A DNA stretch of 64,000 nt from assembly GCA_965219085.1 (NCBI GenBank), contig OZ244720.1, forward strand, positions 2,048,001 through 2,112,000, written 5' to 3'. The notes under the pieces were generated by a model. It saw only the letters and a program-made list of their open reading frames with translations, was not told where the DNA came from and made no database searches. The stretch comes from Dehalococcoidia bacterium (GTDB taxonomy: Bacteria > Chloroflexota > Dehalococcoidia > UBA2979). Shown here one piece after another: positions 37,705-48,009 of this stretch (the first letter of the stretch is position 1; each line of letters begins with the position of its first letter). The translations under genes were made by a program, and so were the position numbers.

Positions 37705-38775
37705 CTACCGGGTAATCAGGGATCGCAGGGATCGCAGGGACCGGGGATCCTGCTCGTCGCGTGAGCGATGCATCAGATGGCCCACGTGATGATCCTCGAG
37801 GCAGCCGGTCAGCGACTGCTCGACCTGGACCGTGGCGTGACCGATGCCGTAGCGGTCGTGGGCGATCTCCTGGACATCGTTGATGAGCTTGTCGATGTCT
37901 CCTGCGTAGTCGGGGTCGACGAGGACGTGGGCCGTGAAGGCTTCGCTCTGCGACGTGATCGTCCAGACATGCACATCGTGGATGAGGGTGACGCCCTCGA
38001 TCTCCTCGATGTCGTGGCAGAGCTCATACACGTCGATGTGCTCGGGCGTGCCTTCGAGCAGCACGTGGACGACCTGCAGGAGCAGGCCTCGCGACGCGAA
38101 CAGGATCAGCAGCCCGATCAGCACACTCAGGATCGGGTCGGCGAGGCGCCAACCGAAGGCCAGAATCAGCACTGCGGAGATGATGACGCCGACAGACCCC
38201 ATGAGGTCGGCGAACACATGCTGGAACGCACCCTCGGCGTTCAGGCTGTATTGCGAGGAGCGGCGCAGGATGAAGGCGGCGGCGATGTTCACGAGGAGAC
38301 CGCCGGTGCCGACGATGAGCACCGGCCATCCGTCGACGTGGGTCTCCTCGATCGTGAACCGGTGATAGGCCTCGAAGAAGATCCACGCGACGATCAGCCA
38401 GAGCGCGACGACATTCGCCATCGCGGCGAGGACCTCGACTCGGTAGAAGCCGAACGTGCGCTCCGGCGAAGCCTCGCGCTGCGCGAGCCACATTGCGACG
38501 AGCGCGATCGCGATCGCGGCGGCGTCCGTGGCCATGTGCCCGGCGTCGGCGAGGAGGGCGAGGCTGCCCGACAGCCAGCCGCCGATCACCTCGGCCATCA
38601 TGTAGCCGCTGATCAACACCAGGCCGATCGTCAGGTTGCGGCGGCTGGCCTCTCTCAGGTCGTGCGTGTGGCTGCGTCCGCTGGGCGCGTGGTCGTCGTG
38701 GTCATGGCTGGCGTCGTCGTGCCCGGTGTGGTCGTCGTGGTCGTCAGCGTCGTCGTGGTCGTGAGCGTCGGGCAT
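37705..38775 (-). CDS. czcD: Cation diffusion facilitator (CzcD/ZitB-like) with His/Asp-rich N-terminus
   Basis: SLALLADAGHM, FG..R.E, H..AD, HDVHVW. Confidence 0.9.
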   Translation of the reverse strand: MPDAHDHDDADDHDDHTGHDDASHDHDDHAPSGRSHTHDLREASRRNLTIGLVLISGYMMAEVIGGWLSGSLALLADAGHMATDAAAIAIALVAMWLAQREASPERTFGFYRVEVLAAMANVVALWLIVAWIFFEAYHRFTIEETHVDGWPVLIVGTGGLLVNIAAAFILRRSSQYSLNAEGAFQHVFADLMGSVGVIISAVLILAFGWRLADPILSVLIGLLILFASRGLLLQVVHVLLEGTPEHIDVYELCHDIEEIEGVTLIHDVHVWTITSQSEAFTAHVLVDPDYAGDIDKLINDVQEIAHDRYGIGHATVQVEQSLTGCLEDHHVGHLMHRSRDEQDPRSLRSLRSLITR

Positions 38776-39009
38776 GGCCGCTTCCTGTGTCTCTCGACGG
38801 CGCCGTGTACGCCCCCCGCACCCTCTGGCTCGACGTTCGCTCAGTCTACAAGGCTCGCCCCGCTGCACGTTTGTGTTCGGCGCTTGGTAGTGCATCTCGG
38901 AAAGCGCGCAACGGACACCGCCGCCGCCGCTCTGCGTCTCGCCCGGCTATGATCACGTTGCCTCGTCCCGCAGCGAAGAGGTACCCGGCGAGCCGTTCGA
39001 GGAGGCCGC

Positions 39010-40224
39010 ATGACCACGACCACGGGCCCCACCGCGCTCCCCGACGGCCGCGGCTACTTCGGCGACTTCGGCGGCCGCTACGTCCCTGAGACGCTCATGC
39101 CCGCGCTCGCCGAACTCGAGGCTGCGTACGACGAGGCCCGCGCCGACGAGGCCTTCGCCGCGGAGCTCGACGACCTGCTCGCCACGTACGCTGGCCGCCC
39201 GACGGCGCTGACCCGCGCTCGCCGCCTCGAGGAGCGCCTCGGCGGCGATCAGCCGCCGCACATCTACCTCAAGCGCGAGGACCTCGCCCACACCGGCGCG
39301 CACAAGATCAACGCCGCGCTCGCGCAGGGGCTGCTCGCGAGGCGCATGGGCAAGCGCCGCATCGTCGCCGAGACCGGCGCCGGCCAGCACGGTGTCGCGA
39401 CGGCGACGACGTGCGCGCTGCTCGGCCTCGAATGCATCGTCTACATGGGCGCCGAGGACGTGCGGCGACAGGCGCTCAACGTCTTCCGCATGAAGCTGCT
39501 CGGCGCCGAGGTGCGCACCGTCGAGACCGGCTCGCGCACGCTCAAGGACGCCATCAACGAGGCGATCCGCGACTGGGTCACGAACGTCCGCACCACGCAC
39601 TACCTGCTCGGCTCGGTCGTCGGGCCGCACCCCTACCCGATGCTCGTGCGCGACTTCCAGTCCGTGATCGGCAACGAGGCGCGAGCGCAGGTCCTCGCGG
39701 TCGAGGGACGGCTGCCCACCATCGCGCTTGCCTGCGTCGGGGGCGGCTCGAACGCGATGGGCATGTTCCACCCGCTGCTCGACGACGACGTACGGTTGAT
39801 CGGCGTCGAGGCTGCGGGCGAAGGCCTGGAGGCGCGGCACGCCGCCACGCTCAGCGGCGGCCGGCCCGGCGTGCTGCACGGCGCGCGCTCCTACCTGCTG
39901 CAGGACGAGCACGGCCAGGTCGTCGAGGCGCACTCGATCTCAGCAGGGCTCGACTACCCGGGCGTCGGCCCGGAGCACGCCTGGCTCAAGGTGAGCGAAC
40001 GCGCGCAGTACGTCTCCGTGACCGACACCGACGCGCTCGAGGCATTCCAGCTGCTCAGCGAGACCGAGGGCATCATCCCGGCCCTCGAGACCTCGCACGC
40101 GATCGCCCACCTCGCGAAGCTTGTCCCCGAACTCGGCGCCGACGACATCGTGCTCGTCAGCCTGAGCGGGCGCGGGGACAAGGACATGGGCACGGTCGCG
40201 GGCGCCCTCGGCGTCACGCTCTGA
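39010..40224 (+). CDS. trpB: Tryptophan synthase beta chain
   Basis: [41 protein letters not shown]. Confidence 0.97.
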   Translation: MTTTTGPTALPDGRGYFGDFGGRYVPETLMPALAELEAAYDEARADEAFAAELDDLLATYAGRPTALTRARRLEERLGGDQPPHIYLKREDLAHTGAHKINAALAQGLLARRMGKRRIVAETGAGQHGVATATTCALLGLECIVYMGAEDVRRQALNVFRMKLLGAEVRTVETGSRTLKDAINEAIRDWVTNVRTTHYLLGSVVGPHPYPMLVRDFQSVIGNEARAQVLAVEGRLPTIALACVGGGSNAMGMFHPLLDDDVRLIGVEAAGEGLEARHAATLSGGRPGVLHGARSYLLQDEHGQVVEAHSISAGLDYPGVGPEHAWLKVSERAQYVSVTDTDALEAFQLLSETEGIIPALETSHAIAHLAKLVPELGADDIVLVSLSGRGDKDMGTVAGALGVTL

Positions 40225-40233
40225 CGGGCGGCG

Positions 40234-40968
40234 CTACGCGCCGACCGAGGATCGCAACTCCCGCAGGATCTTCACGGTGTGCGCCGGCATCGCTTCATTG
40301 CGTTCCTCGAGCGCGGCGATGCGGCTGCGCAGCCACTCAAGGTCGGCGGGCGAGTTGATGTCGCGTTCCATCGCGAGCTTCTGGAATCGGGTACCGCGCG
40401 CGAGCGCGATGCGCTCGATGGAGGAGAACACCCGGGTGCCACCCCACTCCAGCGTGCGGTTCTCGAACAGCTCGGGCCACGGCTCCCACATCGCAGCGAG
40501 GTAGAAGCCGCCGTGGGCGGCCGGGCCGAACACGACGTCCGCCTCGGTCAGCGCGGCGCGGGCCCCGTCGAGGTGTTCGGCGGTCAGCAGCGGCACGTCG
40601 GCGCTGAGCACTGCGATAGGCGAGTAGCCGTCGTCGGCGAGAGCGCGCAGCGCGGCAAGAGTGCGTCGCCCGAGACCGCCCGCGCCCTGCGCGCGTGCAT
40701 CCTCGACGCCGGTCAACTCTGCGAGGGCGGCCGGAGACGCCAATGGCTCCGCGAACAGCACGGGCTGCCACCCGCGCGAGGAGCGCACGGCTGCCACGGC
40801 GTCGAGGAGCATCGCCGAGGTCAGCCGCGCGGCGCCCTCGTGACCGACGGCGGTGGCGAGCCGTGGCTTCGCGCGTCCCGGCGAGAGGGCGCGCGCCAGC
40901 AGGCCGACGGCCGGGCCGCGGTTCGGGCTACGGCCGTGAGCCACGGTGCCCCTCGCGGTGTTGCGCAT
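40234..40968 (-). CDS. DUF2064/TIGR04282-like GT-A family (CofC-like) protein
   Basis: PGRAKPRL, Q..G.LG.R, ADVP, GPA..GGFYL, DI...DL. Confidence 0.8.
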   Translation of the reverse strand: MRNTARGTVAHGRSPNRGPAVGLLARALSPGRAKPRLATAVGHEGAARLTSAMLLDAVAAVRSSRGWQPVLFAEPLASPAALAELTGVEDARAQGAGGLGRRTLAALRALADDGYSPIAVLSADVPLLTAEHLDGARAALTEADVVFGPAAHGGFYLAAMWEPWPELFENRTLEWGGTRVFSSIERIALARGTRFQKLAMERDINSPADLEWLRSRIAALEERNEAMPAHTVKILRELRSSVGA

Positions 40969-41065
40969 GGGCGGGAGCATACCGAGGTTCGCGCCTGCGG
41001 GCGTCCCGGCGCCGGCGCAGCAGGTGTGGGTGTCGCAGGGCCGGGCGCCTTGTTAGGCTCCGCGC

Positions 41066-41806
41066 ATGGTCGGATCGCACTTCGCTACGCCGCTCGCCGT
41101 TCCCGCGCCCGTGGGGCCCGGATTGCGCCCACCGCTGTGGCAGTGGCGCGACCTCGGGGTTGCGGTCGCGATCACCCTGGCCGGGTTCGCGGCGCTCGCC
41201 ACCGCACTCGCACTCACGCGCAGCGGCGGCGGTGTCAGCGCCGCGGTTGCGGGCGCGCTGCTGCTGTTCGAGTTGACCCTCGTCGCGACCGTGCTCGTGC
41301 TCGCGGCACGGCGAGGTCTTACGTTCGCGGACCTCGGGTTCGTGGCGCCTCGGCGCTGGCGGCCGCTCGCCGTCGCGTGGGCGGGCGCATACGTGATCCT
41401 GTTCCTGTACCAGGCGGTGCTGCTCGCTCTCCAGGCCCTGGGGTTCCCGGTCCAGGGGTTTGCCGAGGGCAACACCATCCCGTTGCACGCCGCGCTGGGG
41501 CCGCTGGTGATCGTCGTGATCGGCCTGGCCGTTGTGGTGGCGGCTCCGTTCGGCGAGGAGTTGCTGTTCCGGGCGCTGTTCTTCCGCGGGATGCGCGGGT
41601 ACTGGCGGTTCATGCCGGCCGCGTGGGCGAGCGGACTGCTGTTCGCGCTGTTCCACGTCAACCTCAGCGTGGTGGTGCCGTTCGCGTTGATCGGCGCGCT
41701 GTTCGCGTGGGCGTACGAGGAGTCGGGGTCGTTGTGGGTCACCATCGTGGCGCACGGCGGGCTCAACGGCGTCTCCTTCGTCGTCACGCTGCTGTTGCTC
41801 GAATGA
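41066..41806 (+). CDS. CPBP family intramembrane glutamic endopeptidase
   Basis: EELLFR, FALFH, H..N. ATGA overlap with trpA. Confidence 0.9.
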   Translation: MVGSHFATPLAVPAPVGPGLRPPLWQWRDLGVAVAITLAGFAALATALALTRSGGGVSAAVAGALLLFELTLVATVLVLAARRGLTFADLGFVAPRRWRPLAVAWAGAYVILFLYQAVLLALQALGFPVQGFAEGNTIPLHAALGPLVIVVIGLAVVVAAPFGEELLFRALFFRGMRGYWRFMPAAWASGLLFALFHVNLSVVVPFALIGALFAWAYEESGSLWVTIVAHGGLNGVSFVVTLLLLE

Positions 41807-42612
41807 GCCGCCTCGCCGCGCTGTTCGCGAGCACGCGGGCCGAGGGCCGCCCGGCGCTGATCGCGTTCGTGCCCGGCGGCTGGCCCGAATCCGACTCGAC
41901 GCCCGAACTCGTGCAGGCCCTCCTCGATGGCGGCGCCGACGCCGTCGAGATCGGCGTCCCGTTTAGCGACCCCCTCGCCGACGGCCCGACGAACCAGGCC
42001 GCCTACCAGCAGGCGCTCGATCAGGGCGTGACGCCGGACGATGTGCTCGACGCAGTGCGGGCCTGCCGCGCTGCGGGCGTTTCCGAGCCGTTACTGCTTA
42101 TGGGATACTTCAACCCGCTGCTCGCCATGGGGATCGACGCATTCGCGGCGGCAGCGGAGAGTGCGGGCGTTGACGGCCTCATCATCGTCGATCTACCCGT
42201 CGAGGAAGCCGCCGAGCTGGCGGGTCCGGCCCGCGCGCACGGCCTCGACGTCATCTACCTGCTCGCGCCGACCTCGACCGACGAGCGCATCGCAGCCGTC
42301 GCCGAACGCGGCGAGGGCTTCATCTACTGTGTCAGCGTGACCGGCGTGACGAGCGCGCGGGCGCAGGTCTCGGCGGAGTTGCCGGACTTCATCGGGCGAG
42401 TGCGGGAGCGCACGGACCTCCCGCTGGCCGTGGGGTTTGGCATCTCGCGCCGCGAGCACGTGGTCCAGGTGGGGCGCGTCGCGGATGGCGTGGTGGTGGG
42501 CAGCGCGCTCGTCGACGCGATCAGCGCCGCGCCGCCCGAGGGCCGGGCGCAGGCCGCGCGCACGCTGATGGAAACACTGACCGGGCGAACGGGAGCGGGG
42601 TCGCAACCATGA
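41803..42612 (+). CDS. trpA: Tryptophan synthase alpha chain
   Basis: [33 protein letters not shown]. Confidence 0.96.
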   Translation: MSRLAALFASTRAEGRPALIAFVPGGWPESDSTPELVQALLDGGADAVEIGVPFSDPLADGPTNQAAYQQALDQGVTPDDVLDAVRACRAAGVSEPLLLMGYFNPLLAMGIDAFAAAAESAGVDGLIIVDLPVEEAAELAGPARAHGLDVIYLLAPTSTDERIAAVAERGEGFIYCVSVTGVTSARAQVSAELPDFIGRVRERTDLPLAVGFGISRREHVVQVGRVADGVVVGSALVDAISAAPPEGRAQAARTLMETLTGRTGAGSQP

Positions 42613-42998
42613 TGGTGCGAGGCATCCGGGGCGCAACGACCGTGTCGGAGAACACGCGCGAAGCCATCCTCGAGGCGACCGCAGAACTCCTCGAAGCCGT
42701 CGTGCGCGCGAACGACATCGAACGCGAGCACGTCGCCTCGGCGTTCTTCACGACCACGCCGGACCTCAACGCCGAGTTCCCCGCCGTCGCCGCCCGCAAC
42801 GCCGGATGGACGGACGTCGCGCTGATGTGCGGGCATGAGATGGGCGTGCCGGGCGGCCTGCCGCGCTGCGTGCGGCTGCTCATGCACGTCAACACGGACC
42901 GCTCGCTCGCCGAGATCAACCACGTCTATCTGCGCGAGGCCGTCCGCCTCCGGCCCGACCTCGCCGCGCCCGAGGACTCGGAGGGCGCTTCGTCGTGA
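42609..42998 (+). CDS. aroH: Chorismate mutase, AroH class
   Basis: [27 protein letters not shown]. Confidence 0.94.
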   Translation: MMVRGIRGATTVSENTREAILEATAELLEAVVRANDIEREHVASAFFTTTPDLNAEFPAVAARNAGWTDVALMCGHEMGVPGGLPRCVRLLMHVNTDRSLAEINHVYLREAVRLRPDLAAPEDSEGASS

Positions 42999-43047
42999 CC
43001 GAGTCCAGTCACCGCGTACCTCCCCGTACCGCCCGGTCCGGGGAGCG

Positions 43048-43878
43048 ATGAACGAAACCACCACTTCGGGCGAACCGCCCGCCGAGACCACCGCGACCGA
43101 CACGCCGCGCGGGGAGGACTTCGCGCTCGAGTTGCCCGTGTTCCACGGCCCCCTCGAGCTCCTGCTGCACCTCATCGAGCGCGAGGAGCTCGACATCACC
43201 GAGGTGTCGCTCGTGGCCGTCACGGAGCAGTACCTCGGCCACCTCGATCGACGCGACCACATCGACCTCGGCTCGATCGCCGCGTTCATCTCGGTCGGCG
43301 CGCGGCTGCTGCTGCTGAAGTCGCGCGCGCTGCTCCCGCGCGACGAGGACGAGCAGGCCGGGGACGAAGACGAGGAGCGCGACCCCGAGGCGCTCCTGGA
43401 AGCGCTGCGCGAGTACCGCCGCTACCGCGCGGCCGCCGAGCACCTGCGCGACCTCGAGGACGAGCACCGCACGGCGTACCGCCGCGAGGTGGCGCCGCCG
43501 CAGGCGCCGCCGGGCCCCGGCCTCGACGGCGTGACGTCGGAGATGCTGCTCACGCTGTTCCGCGAGGTGATGGAGCGGTTGCCGGCGGAGGAGCCGACAC
43601 CCGAACTGGCGCGCGATCCGATCCGGCTCACGGATCGGGTGCAGCGCCTGGTCACGCGGCTCGAGGGCGGGCGTCCGGTCAGCTTCCGCGACGTCATCAT
43701 CGGCGCCGCCTCGCGCGTCGTCGTCATCGTCGACTTCCTCGCGGTGCTGGAGCTGATGCGGACGGGGTACGTCGAAGCGAGGCAGGCGGACTTGTTCGGC
43801 GAGATCGAGCTCGTGGCGATCGAGGGGGCCGCGCCGCCGCCGGCGACCCGCGTCGCCGAGGAGCTGCCTGGGCTGTAG
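43048..43878 (+). CDS. scpA: Segregation and condensation protein A
   Basis: F.GPLELLL.LI, LKSRALLP, FLAVLEL, Q..LFGEI. Confidence 0.92.
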   Translation: MNETTTSGEPPAETTATDTPRGEDFALELPVFHGPLELLLHLIEREELDITEVSLVAVTEQYLGHLDRRDHIDLGSIAAFISVGARLLLLKSRALLPRDEDEQAGDEDEERDPEALLEALREYRRYRAAAEHLRDLEDEHRTAYRREVAPPQAPPGPGLDGVTSEMLLTLFREVMERLPAEEPTPELARDPIRLTDRVQRLVTRLEGGRPVSFRDVIIGAASRVVVIVDFLAVLELMRTGYVEARQADLFGEIELVAIEGAAPPPATRVAEELPGL

Positions 43879-43946
43879 CCACTGCTGACGGCCCGTCATG
43901 TTCGGTATCATGGACGGGCCAACTGGCGTGGAAGGGCACGGTCAGG

Positions 43947-44180
43947 ATGATGTCGTGGGAGCAGCGCATCGAGCGGAACCCTGACGTGCTGGTCGGGAAG
44001 CCCGTCGTGGCGGGCACACGCATCTCGGTGGAGCTCGTGCTCGAGTTGCTCGCCGACGGGTGGGACGAGAACCAGCTGCTCGACGGGTACCCGAGCCTGA
44101 AGCGCGAAGACATTCGGGCCTGCCTGCACTACGCGGCGGCTACCCTCCGCGCCGAGGGCGCGCGCCCGATCAGCGTATAG
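43947..44180 (+). CDS. DUF433 protein (antitoxin-like)
   Basis: P.V..GKP...GTRI.V..YP.L..EDI.A.L.YA. Confidence 0.9.
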   Translation: MMSWEQRIERNPDVLVGKPVVAGTRISVELVLELLADGWDENQLLDGYPSLKREDIRACLHYAAATLRAEGARPISV

Positions 44181-44186
44181 CGCCGA

Positions 44187-44546
44187 GTGCGCTTCCTGGC
44201 CGACGAGAACCTCGACGTCCCTCTGGTCGATGCGCTCATCCGCGACGGCCATGACGTTGAACGCATCACCGCCGCGTCCCCGGAGCGCACAGACTTGCAG
44301 GTCCTCTCCCGGGCCACTGCCGACGACCGTACGCTCATCACCCAGGACACGGACTTCGGCGATCTGGTGTTCCGGGAGGGTCAGCCCGCCGACAGCGGTG
44401 TCATCCTGCTCCGGGCACGCGGGTTGCCGGCGGAGCGCGCCGCGGCGCTCCTCGCTGCCGTCGGCGGACGGGACGATTGGCGTGGGCTGTTCGCGGTCGT
44501 GACAGAGCGCCGCGTACGGGTCGTCCCGCTGCCTGCTACGGAATAG
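44187..44546 (+). CDS. DUF5615 PIN-like (Mut7-C/VapC45-type) toxin
   Basis: RFLADEN, GHDV, LIT.D.DF. Confidence 0.88.
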   Translation: MRFLADENLDVPLVDALIRDGHDVERITAASPERTDLQVLSRATADDRTLITQDTDFGDLVFREGQPADSGVILLRARGLPAERAAALLAAVGGRDDWRGLFAVVTERRVRVVPLPATE

Positions 44547-44589
44547 ATGCGACCGCGGCGTGCGCTTGCCGTGAACCGCGATCGGCACG

Positions 44590-45552
44590 ATGCTCTACGG
44601 GCCGAGCGACCCTCGAAGGGACGATCTCATCGCGCTGCTGATCCGGGAAGAACTGCGGGCCGCCGTCACGCCGGGCGAGCATGCGATCACCATCGGCGTG
44701 TTCGACGGCGTCCACCGCGGGCACCAGATGCTCGTGGGCATGCTGCGCGAGGAGGCCGCCGCGCGCGGGCTCGGCGCCGGCCTCGTCACCTTCCACCCGC
44801 ACCCCGTCTCCGTGCTCCGGCCCGACGTCCAGCTCTCCTACCTCACCTCGCTCGAGACACGTGTCGAGCGGCTGCGCGCGACCGGGCTCGACTTCGTCTC
44901 GGTCGTGCAGTTCACCTCGGAGCTGGCCCAGGTCTCGGCCGAGGACTTCGCGCGCGTGCTGCACGAGGAAGCGGGCATGCGCCTGCTCATGGTCGGCCAG
45001 GACTTTGTGCTCGGCCGCAACCGCGAGGGCACCGTCGAGCGCCTCGCGGAGATCGGCAAGGCCGTCGGCTTCGAGGTGCAGCCGATCGAGTTGCTCCCGC
45101 TCGAAGACGGCGCGGTCTCCTCCACGCGCGTCCGCAACGCGCTCGCCGACGGCAAGATGCAGGAGGCGACGCAACTACTCGGGCGTCCCTACTCGCTGCG
45201 CGGGCCGGTCGTGCAAGGCGACCAGCGCGGCCGCACCATCGGCTTCCCGACGCTCAACCTCGGCTTCAGCCCGGACCTCGCGCTGCCTGCGTACGGCGTC
45301 TACGTGTCTCGCACGGACGTCGGTGGCGTCGCGTACGAGGGCTGCACCAACATCGGCGTGCGCCCGACGTTCGACGGCGTGCGGCTGATGGTGGAGACGC
45401 ACCTGCTGGACTTCGACCAGGACGTCTATGGCAGCGTCATCACCGTCGAGCTGCTCGAACGGCTGCGGCCCGAGCAGCGCTTCGACGGCCCCGACGCGTT
45501 AGTCGCGCAGATCGGCCGTGACCTCGAAGCCACACGGGCGTACTTCGCATGA
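44590..45552 (+). CDS. ribF: Bifunctional riboflavin kinase/FAD synthetase
   Basis: IGVFDGVHRGH, SSTRVR, GRTIGFPT.N, NIGVRPT. Confidence 0.95.
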   Translation: MLYGPSDPRRDDLIALLIREELRAAVTPGEHAITIGVFDGVHRGHQMLVGMLREEAAARGLGAGLVTFHPHPVSVLRPDVQLSYLTSLETRVERLRATGLDFVSVVQFTSELAQVSAEDFARVLHEEAGMRLLMVGQDFVLGRNREGTVERLAEIGKAVGFEVQPIELLPLEDGAVSSTRVRNALADGKMQEATQLLGRPYSLRGPVVQGDQRGRTIGFPTLNLGFSPDLALPAYGVYVSRTDVGGVAYEGCTNIGVRPTFDGVRLMVETHLLDFDQDVYGSVITVELLERLRPEQRFDGPDALVAQIGRDLEATRAYFA

Positions 45553-45565
45553 GGCTGACGCAACG

Positions 45566-46789
45566 ATGAGCCCAGCCACGCCCTCGATCGACGAGCAGGT
45601 CACCGCGATCATGCGCGGCACCGACTTCGGCGATGACACGACGCGCCAGACGATGGAGCACGAGTTGCGCGAGCGCCTGGCCGAGGGCCGCCCGCTGCGC
45701 GTCTACTGCGGCTACGACCCCACGTCGGTCGACCTCCACCTTGGCCACACCCTGACGATGCGCAAGCTGCGCACGTTCCAGGACCTCGGACACGAGGTGA
45801 CGTTCCTCATCGGCAACTTCACTGGCCTCGTCGGCGACCCCTCGGACAAGGACAAGACGCGGCCGATGCTCACGCCCCAGCAGCTCGACGACAACGCCGA
45901 GACCTACGCCGACCAGGCGTTCCGCATCCTCGACCGCGACCGCACCGCCATCCGCTACAACGCCGACTGGCTCGGCGAACTCGGCTTCGACGAGGTGGTG
46001 CGGCTCGCCTCGAACTTCACGGTGGCGCAGTTCCTCGAACGCGACAATTTCGCGCGACGCCGCGAGCGCGGCGACCCGATCTACGTCAGCGAGTTCATGT
46101 ACGCGCTGATGCAGGCCTACGACGCCGTCGCCCTCGAGACCGACGTGCAGGTGGGGGGCTCCGAGCAGCTCTTCAACCTCATGGCCGGGCGGGTGCTCCA
46201 GCGCGAGCATGACCAGCGCCCGCAGATCGTCGTCACGCTGCCCATCCTCGTGGGTACCGACGGGCGGCTGCGCATGTCGAAGTCGACGGGCAACTACATC
46301 GGCATCGACGATGCGCCGAACGAGATGTTCGGCAAGGTCATGTCGGTGCCCGACAGCGCCATGCGCGACTACTTCACGCTGCTCACGGACCTCGACCCCG
46401 CCGAGATCGGCGCGCTCCACGATGCCGTCGAGGCCGGCTCGGTGGCGCCCATCGACGCGAAGAAACGCCTCGCCCTCGAAGTCACGGCGGGCCTCTACGC
46501 CCGCGCCGAGGCCGAGGACGCCCAGCGCTACTTCGAGTCGACGTTCCAGCGCCGCCAGACGCCGACGGAGATGCAGGAGTACGCGCTCCCCGAAGGCGCC
46601 GAGGGCCGACTCGACCGCGTACTCGTGGACGCGCAACTCGTGCAGAGCAACGCGGAGGCGCGGCGGATGGTGCAGCAGGGCGCGGTCCAGATCAATGGCG
46701 AGCGCGTCGACGCGTTCGCCGCGCCCGTCCAGCCCGGCGACGAGGTGCGCGTGGGGCGTCGGCGGTTCCTGCGGGTGACGGCCGGCTAG
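45566..46789 (+). CDS. tyrS: Tyrosine--tRNA ligase
   Basis: GYDPT, HLGH, GG.EQ, RMSKS and C-terminal S4 domain. Confidence 0.95.
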   Translation: MSPATPSIDEQVTAIMRGTDFGDDTTRQTMEHELRERLAEGRPLRVYCGYDPTSVDLHLGHTLTMRKLRTFQDLGHEVTFLIGNFTGLVGDPSDKDKTRPMLTPQQLDDNAETYADQAFRILDRDRTAIRYNADWLGELGFDEVVRLASNFTVAQFLERDNFARRRERGDPIYVSEFMYALMQAYDAVALETDVQVGGSEQLFNLMAGRVLQREHDQRPQIVVTLPILVGTDGRLRMSKSTGNYIGIDDAPNEMFGKVMSVPDSAMRDYFTLLTDLDPAEIGALHDAVEAGSVAPIDAKKRLALEVTAGLYARAEAEDAQRYFESTFQRRQTPTEMQEYALPEGAEGRLDRVLVDAQLVQSNAEARRMVQQGAVQINGERVDAFAAPVQPGDEVRVGRRRFLRVTAG

Positions 46790-46924
46790 GTTCGGATCAG
46801 GCTCGACGATCGTTTTGACAGCGGCTCCGTATTCCACGTAGGCTCGCGCCGCCTGCTCGACGCGATCGAGCGGCCGCTGCATACCGGGCGGAAGTCGCCC
46901 CGGGAGGACGCTGAGAGGAAGAGC

Positions 46925-47746
46925 ATGGTCTCAAAGACATTTGAGCTGGTGAGCTACGAGAAGAACAACCGCATCGCGTGGATCACCATCAACAACGAGG
47001 AGCGGATGAACGCCCTGAGCACGGGCGTGCAGAACGGCCTCTACGACTCGTTCGACGAGGTCATCAACGACGACGACGTGCTCGTCGCCATCCTCACTGG
47101 GGCCGGTGGCCGCGCGTTCTGCGCCGGCGCCGACCTCAAGGAGATGACCGAGCGCGACCAGGCGCAGGGGCAGGGCGCCGCGCAGGAGGCGAAGAACGGC
47201 ATGTTCCACGTCACCGAGTGCAAGAAGCCGATCATCGCGGCCGTCGACGGCTTCGCGCTGGCCGGCGGCATGCAGCTCTCGGCGCGCTGCGACGTCCGCA
47301 TCGCCACCGAGACCTCGCGTTTCGGTATGCCGGAGCCGCTGCGCAGCCTGACGCCGGTCAACCTGATGGACACGCTGGAGATGGGCTTCGTGCCCCTCGG
47401 CGAGGCCATGTGGATCATCCTCTCGGGTGCCCACATCACCGCGCAGCGCGCCCACGAGATCGGCTTCGTGCAGTGGCTGGCCGCGGACCGCGACGCCATG
47501 ATGGCCGAGGCGGAAGAGCGGGCCGAGACGCTGAAGCTCTGCGCGCCGCTGGCGGTGCAGGCGCTGAAGAATGGCGTCCACCTCAACATGAACCCGCCGG
47601 CGCCGCAGCCGGAGGGCGTTGCGTACCTCGACCACCTGCGGAACCTCAACTCGGAGCTGCAGGAGACGGTCGCCAACAGCGAGGACCGGATGGAGGGCCC
47701 GAAGGCCTTCGCCGAGAAGCGCGCCCCGAACTGGCTGGGCCGCTAA
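46925..47746 (+). CDS. Enoyl-CoA hydratase/isomerase family, copy 1
   Basis: FCAGADL, KPIIAAVDG, AGG, FGMPE, AFAEKR.P. Confidence 0.92.
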   Translation: MVSKTFELVSYEKNNRIAWITINNEERMNALSTGVQNGLYDSFDEVINDDDVLVAILTGAGGRAFCAGADLKEMTERDQAQGQGAAQEAKNGMFHVTECKKPIIAAVDGFALAGGMQLSARCDVRIATETSRFGMPEPLRSLTPVNLMDTLEMGFVPLGEAMWIILSGAHITAQRAHEIGFVQWLAADRDAMMAEAEERAETLKLCAPLAVQALKNGVHLNMNPPAPQPEGVAYLDHLRNLNSELQETVANSEDRMEGPKAFAEKRAPNWLGR

Positions 47747-47817
47747 GCCTCACGCAGACCGCCACGGGCCGTCGGCCGGCCTCACGGGCCGGGCGGCAAG
47801 CTCCGTCGGAACAACCG

Positions 47818-47844
47818 GAAGCCCTCGCAATCGCGAGGGCTTTC
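47818..47844 (+). terminator. Stem-loop after ECH copy 1 (repeated at about 48902-48929)
   Basis: aagccctcgc-aatc-gcgagggctt. Confidence 0.6.
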
Positions 47845-48009
47845 GGGCGCCCGTGACCCGACGCCGCCCGCGAGGAGCTCCGGTACTCGATCTCGTCCTT
47901 TGACCCGGCGGCGGTCAACAACGTAGTCTCGCCTCGCCTGCTTGACTCGATCGGGCGGCCGTTGCATAGCGGGCGGGAGTCGCCCGCGACGACGCTGAAA
48001 GGAAGAGGG

